A stretch of 64,000 nucleotides of DNA, taken from the human T2T-CHM13v2.0 reference genome, Homo sapiens. How positions within the stretch are numbered: position 1 is the first letter of the stretch; each line of letters starts with the position of its first letter. The notes beneath the pieces are model-generated. The model was not told where the DNA came from and ran no database searches. It worked only from the letters and a program-made list of their open reading frames with translations. This document shows positions 58,820-64,000 of the stretch, piece after piece. The DNA is taken from the NCBI RefSeq assembly GCF_009914755.1, contig NC_060930.1; one strand, written 5' to 3'. The position numbers were made by a program, and so were the translations under genes.

Positions 58820-61051
58820 CCCTGAGAACTTAATAATGTGATCTGCTGCAGAGTATTTTGAGATGACCAATTCATAGAGGATGGTCATTAAATTCAACTT
58901 GTACAAAATTTGATACAATATTCTGTGCAATTAGGTATTTAATTAAATATTTAAATGAGTTAAAAAGTTAACCTGAATATAAAATATATGTTAGAACCAT
59001 TGCTCACTGTAATAACTAACATGAAATAACATTTTCCTTTCTTTAGTATTTTCTTAATGATGAAAAGTTGTAATTGTAAGAAATATTTGAAAATAATCAT
59101 GCCAATATATGCAATTCTTGGAATCTTTTACAGTGTCAAACATATGCGTTGTTCACAACATTTTTTCCCACAAATATTTGTTGATTATAATAAACTTCCA
59201 AGCAAGTATGATTGGAGAAACCCAAGATACTCTGGTGGATGAGCTGAACTTCAGTTTTTTGGGAGGCACTCCTGTCTTCATGACTCTAGAATCAACTGTT
59301 GAACCTCAATTCTCAGGAGTTACCTAGAGTCTAGGTAGGGACTAGACTGTTCGAGTCCTTATTTCTATGAAAATTATTGCTAGACTTGTGAAACTCTAGG
59401 CCTAAGATCAGCGGCTCTGTGCACCCCTAAGATATTGATGGCAGCATAGGTGCTATTTTGTGCTAAATGTTTACGCTACTTTGAAACCCTTTAAGGGCCT
59501 GAAACTCTGTTAAATGCCTATGGCTGGCAGATCAGGGTTGTGGAGTAGCTGAATTCCTTTGTCAAGCCAACTCAGTGTCTAAAACTTGAGTATATATTAA
59601 AATTCAGAATGTTCATTTATAAATGAATAAAGTTTCTTAAAATGTAGGTGCTCTTATAGTAGAGAATCCTACATCATAGACTTTGATTTACATTTTTATG
59701 AATTTGTTGGTCTCCTAGATTGCTCTGTTTGAATATGCACAAAGATAATATATTACGGTTCAATTCTTCATCACAGCCTTGAACATTTCAATTTCTTAAG
59801 AGTTCTATAGTGACCTCCAAAATCCTCTATGCAGAACTTGCAATGAACACCTGTACATTCTAGTTTTCACATTTTAGGACATAAAGATAAGAAGCATTAC
59901 AGTGTCGGATGTGTGTAATGCAAACAAGCAACTGCCTGCTGCTAGATGACTTAATTATTAGAAACAGTGAAAGGGCAATATTCATTTTTCAGGCCTGAGT
60001 GGTTATTTCTTTATGTTAATACAATTTTAATCCACATTAACATTCTTCAGATGCCTTATAGGAATCCCCACATCTCTTCTTTTCCTATCTGGCAGTTCAT
60101 TTTGCAAGATTATCAGCCTTACCGTGGCTTTCAAATTCTTGTCGTTCTCCCAGTTTAAAGATAATTTCCTGAGCTTATTACAGACATTCCCCCATTTTAT
60201 ATAAAAAATTATAAGTTTATATAATTTTTTAAACACTGTTTTTCTTGCAGTCTGCATTTTGTGCTTCTTTTAATCTTCTTCTATGAAATGCTTTATTTCC
60301 TAATTGTGATATTGGAATTTGCTGAGCCAACCATACTTGCTCCAAAGCTAGATTCTGAAGAAATGCAGGTGCTGCAGAACTGCTAAAAACTGTCACTTTT
60401 TCTCTGGCTAATCACAGTCATGGTTTGATTAACTGTTTGCCTTTGTCTGCTGCCTGTGGTGATGTGACTTTAGTTCTCTTATCTTGATGGCATCTGGAAA
60501 TATCTCATAGGAATGAAACTGCAACGTAATTACTTCACACTGAACAGAGAAACAATATCATCCATTGTAAGCTGTGTAGGTGTAAACAGGGTCCTGAAAC
60601 TATGTAAGAAAATGACTGCAGAGTCTTTATTCATGGAATAGCTCTCATTTTCTTTCATATGGTAACAGTATATTAAAATAGTTTGATTTTACAAAGCGCC
60701 TTTTATCTCAGTTTCTCTGTGTATTTAGAGACTATTCTGTAATGTGGTATTAAGCAAACACGTGTCCAGAATAAAGTCTTTCTAATTCTGCATATTTAAA
60801 CAAATGAGTAAATAAAACTAATGATGAGGATATCAAATTTCAGGATGAAAATTTCTAACAATTAATGGGATCGTGTGGTAGATCCAGGAATAATAATGTC
60901 TTATTTAAAAACAAATAAACAAAAACCCTTAATTTCCTCTAGAAGTTCTACCTCTGAAACACCTTTGTACAAAGTGAATCCTCTAGAGAATTCCCTGACG
61001 TGCTTTAAAGTAACCTACTAATGAAATGAATTATTGATCTGCTGTGAATAT

Positions 61052-61059
61052 ATGTATAT

Positions 61060-61106
<47 letters not shown>

Positions 61107-61444
61107 CATATATATATATATATACACACATACATATATATATACACTTTTTTTTTTTTTGAGACTGGAGTGCAGTGGCGCCATCTCGGCTCACTGCAAG
61201 CTCCACCTCAATCCCAGTTCACTGCAAACTCCGTTTCCCAGGTTCACGCCACTCTCCTGCCTCAGCCTCCCGAGTAGCTGGGACTACAGGCACCTGCCAC
61301 CACGCCTGGCTAATTTTTTGTATTTTTAGTAGAGATGGGGTTTCACCGTGTTAGCCAGGATGGTCTCAATCTCCTGACCTTGTGATCCGCCCACCTCGGC
61401 CTCCAAAAGTGCTGGGATTACAGGTGTGAGCCACTGTGCCCGGC
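61052..61444 (-). mobile_element. AluY SINE with (TA)n tail and internal deletion/duplication
   Basis: TSD tgctgtgaatat at 61040-61051 and 61445-61456. Confidence 0.9.
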
Positions 61445-63929
61445 TGCTGTGAATATTTTAACAAAATTTCTATTTAATTTAGAAAATTGACATCTATGTT
61501 ATATTCTGCTGACTTTGCTTAATTATAATGACCATTATTTAAGAAAAAAAAAAGGAAAGAACATAAGAACATGAAGCCATAAAATCCCGATGACCATTGG
61601 CAAATAATAAACAACTGTTCTGTTTCAAACATTGAATTTCGTGGTATGTTAAAAAAATGTGCGAAAGGTGTTTAATATATAGATTCTGCAAAAAGGCATA
61701 TGGAGAAAAATTGGACTCTCACTGAAACATATATGATTTTGCTTTCAAAGCTCTTTTCCTGCAGAAAGTCATCTTTAGGAAACAAGAGTTTCAAAATATC
61801 AGCCTATCATTCATAACTCAGAATGGCCTGTTGGTCTCTGAAACTAGTTTGCTTTGTATTCCAATTCAGTTCAGAAGATTCATTTCAAAGTAGCAAACAG
61901 GAAGTAACAACAGGCCTATGACCCTCAAAAAAAGTTTGAGAAATTTTGTAGAAATAAATGTAGGGTCCGGGAATGTGTAGACAGGGTCTGTACCTCCCTT
62001 GACTCATGAGATAACCCCAGAGCTGATGGGAAACTTCCCAAGGGCAGGATCATGGGCAGTTCCATGTCCGTGTCCCTTGGAGGGTGGGCATGTGCCAGAG
62101 CCCCAGGACTAAGTGGTCAGGAACACTTAATAAATGTGGAAGTTTCAATAAACTAATTTTTATTAGACAAAATATGCAACAAATTCAGTGCTCAATCATT
62201 TGCAAGCATATTTTCCGCCCCAGGGACTACTGAAAACAAGCGTAGAATGGCTTCTAGGGCACTGTTGTAAAATTCTGTAAAGATTCTCAGTAACACCTTA
62301 TTTAACAAGCCTGAAACCTAAGTGTTAGAGGCATAAAGATAGAGAAAAACACTCTAAAATGATACATTTCTGTAGATGTAGGAAGGTTTAGGTATTGATT
62401 TATATTCGCCCAAATCTTTTTTGTCTTTTAATTTCTGTCTCATCTTTTTCACAGTATCCACAATTCTCTCATTTTCTCAGAGGTATAAGGACACGAAAAG
62501 TCTCAACAAAGCATCCTGGTTTATTCTGAGGTATTTTCATTCTGGATTTAAAATACTAAACCCTGTTATCATATTTCTTTCTCCCCTGAAGCTTTGGATA
62601 ATCTCAAGGCAAAACACATCCCTAACAATTGGGTTACCTCTACAAATCTTGAAAATCCTACATTCAGAATTGTTTCATCTGGCATAAACCTGCAGGTTTG
62701 CATGGGTGAGTAACCAACCATACTCGAATACAGGTAGTAGTGTAATTTGAAATGGAATTTGATTCCTTTCTTCTTAGGAGGAGCAATCTTATTTGAAAAT
62801 GAAAATCACAATCCATGTGTATGGCTGTTTTACAAGAATTGTCACTTTTTTTTTTAGAAAGGCTGTAAACAAGAGAAAGGGTTCCTGTCTAACAGAGGAA
62901 CATCACCTGATAATTGCATAAGAAAATTATAACTAATTTTGTTAGGTACTATTAGAAAGCAGGTAGAACTAAGGAAAATCTGTCTCTTGATAAAAGTAAA
63001 ATTATATTAAAGAGACAATTCTATTGTATAAGGGTAAATATGCATTTAACATTTCATTTAAAGTTAGGAATACATCTACAATAAACTGTTATTCCTACTC
63101 TGATTACTTAATTCCTGAGAAGTCATAAAAAACAAAACAATGTAACTTACCAATCAATTATATAAAGCATATAGCTATATTGTTTGTAAAAGAAAATATT
63201 AGCTTTTAAGCTAATGTGTGTATAATATGTGTAAATATCAAAGTAACAATAATTTATGATGGCTGCTTTTTTTTTTAAAAAAAAAAAAAGGTAAAATATC
63301 ACTTTTCAATCAATGATAGGGCCTGTGCAGGAAGTTGTCATTTTCAGCTTAAGGATAAATTAGCAAAAGTTTTGTCTATCGACTCTCACCTGGTCTTTCA
63401 TGCTGAGAGACCTGCATTACTAAGGACTGTCTTGTAACTAGAGTTTGTGGGTATGTAACAGCCAAAAGTTAAGTAGACCACTGACACTTTGGACCTCTAA
63501 TTCGGCTCTTATCAGCCACAGGCTAAGGCTGAAACGATTGACCACAGAGATCTGAGGAGCTGAGTAAGCGGCTAGGGCAGGTTTGACTCTTTTTGAACAA
63601 AGCCAGACAAAACTGTAGAAAAAGACTTTTTAACTATGTTTGTAGCTAGAAGAAAAATTACTTTGGTCAAAAGTGGATGTAATAATGCTTGTAACTATCT
63701 GAGAGGAAGCAGACTAGTCAACTCCTTTTTTTGCTTTTATCATCTTTATTAAAGGAAATGGTCTGCAGACTAGGAAGAGTAGAACAAGCATGGCTCAGAG
63801 GAAATTTATTCGGTATGGCAATAACACCGAAGTGATAAAATCAGTGTGACTGGGCAGTGATGTTGTTTGACCTCTGGGACTCCCCAGCAGTCTTTTATGC
63901 TTAATGGACCACATGACAAATGAATGTGG

Positions 63930-64000
63930 TCATTCATTCATTCACTCATTCATTCATTCAACAAATACTTATTAAGCTTATCTTCTGGAGGATGGAGTTG
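63930..64000 (-). mobile_element. L2 3' tail
   Basis: (tcat)n followed by caacaaatacttattaag. Confidence 0.6.

Noticed and set aside
59330-59365. B-box-like gttcgagtcc (also gggttcaaat at 41355)
   Set aside because: No tRNA cloverleaf or matching A box; probably SINE relic or chance

Overview
AT-rich primate (almost certainly human, given an AluYb8-family insertion) intronic or intergenic DNA dominated by transposable elements. I recognise no host protein-coding gene. Main elements: a near full-length L1PA2/L1PA3 (4231-9785) that is a spliced 'SpIRE97/622' copy with an intact ORF1, a dead ORF2 and a short 3' transduction; an isolated tail-less L1 ORF2 RT fragment (12248-13375); a complete THE1 MaLR provirus (15351-17661); and a complete HERV-H provirus with two LTR7s (27091-32919), nested inside an L1PA7-like element that is itself inside an ancient L1M. 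There are also eight Alus, several solo LTRs, DNA-transposon relics, a palindromic 39-bp minisatellite, a recent 217-bp tandem duplication and a cluster of candidate splice-competent exons at 41-42.5 kb. Nearly all short ORFs in the track are repeat or low-complexity artefacts. I found no evidence for a wholly new biological system. The most interesting signals are unusual retrotransposition and repair footprints and a possible LTR7-driven non-coding transcript. Repeat subfamily names come from my recall of consensus sequences, not from a database search.
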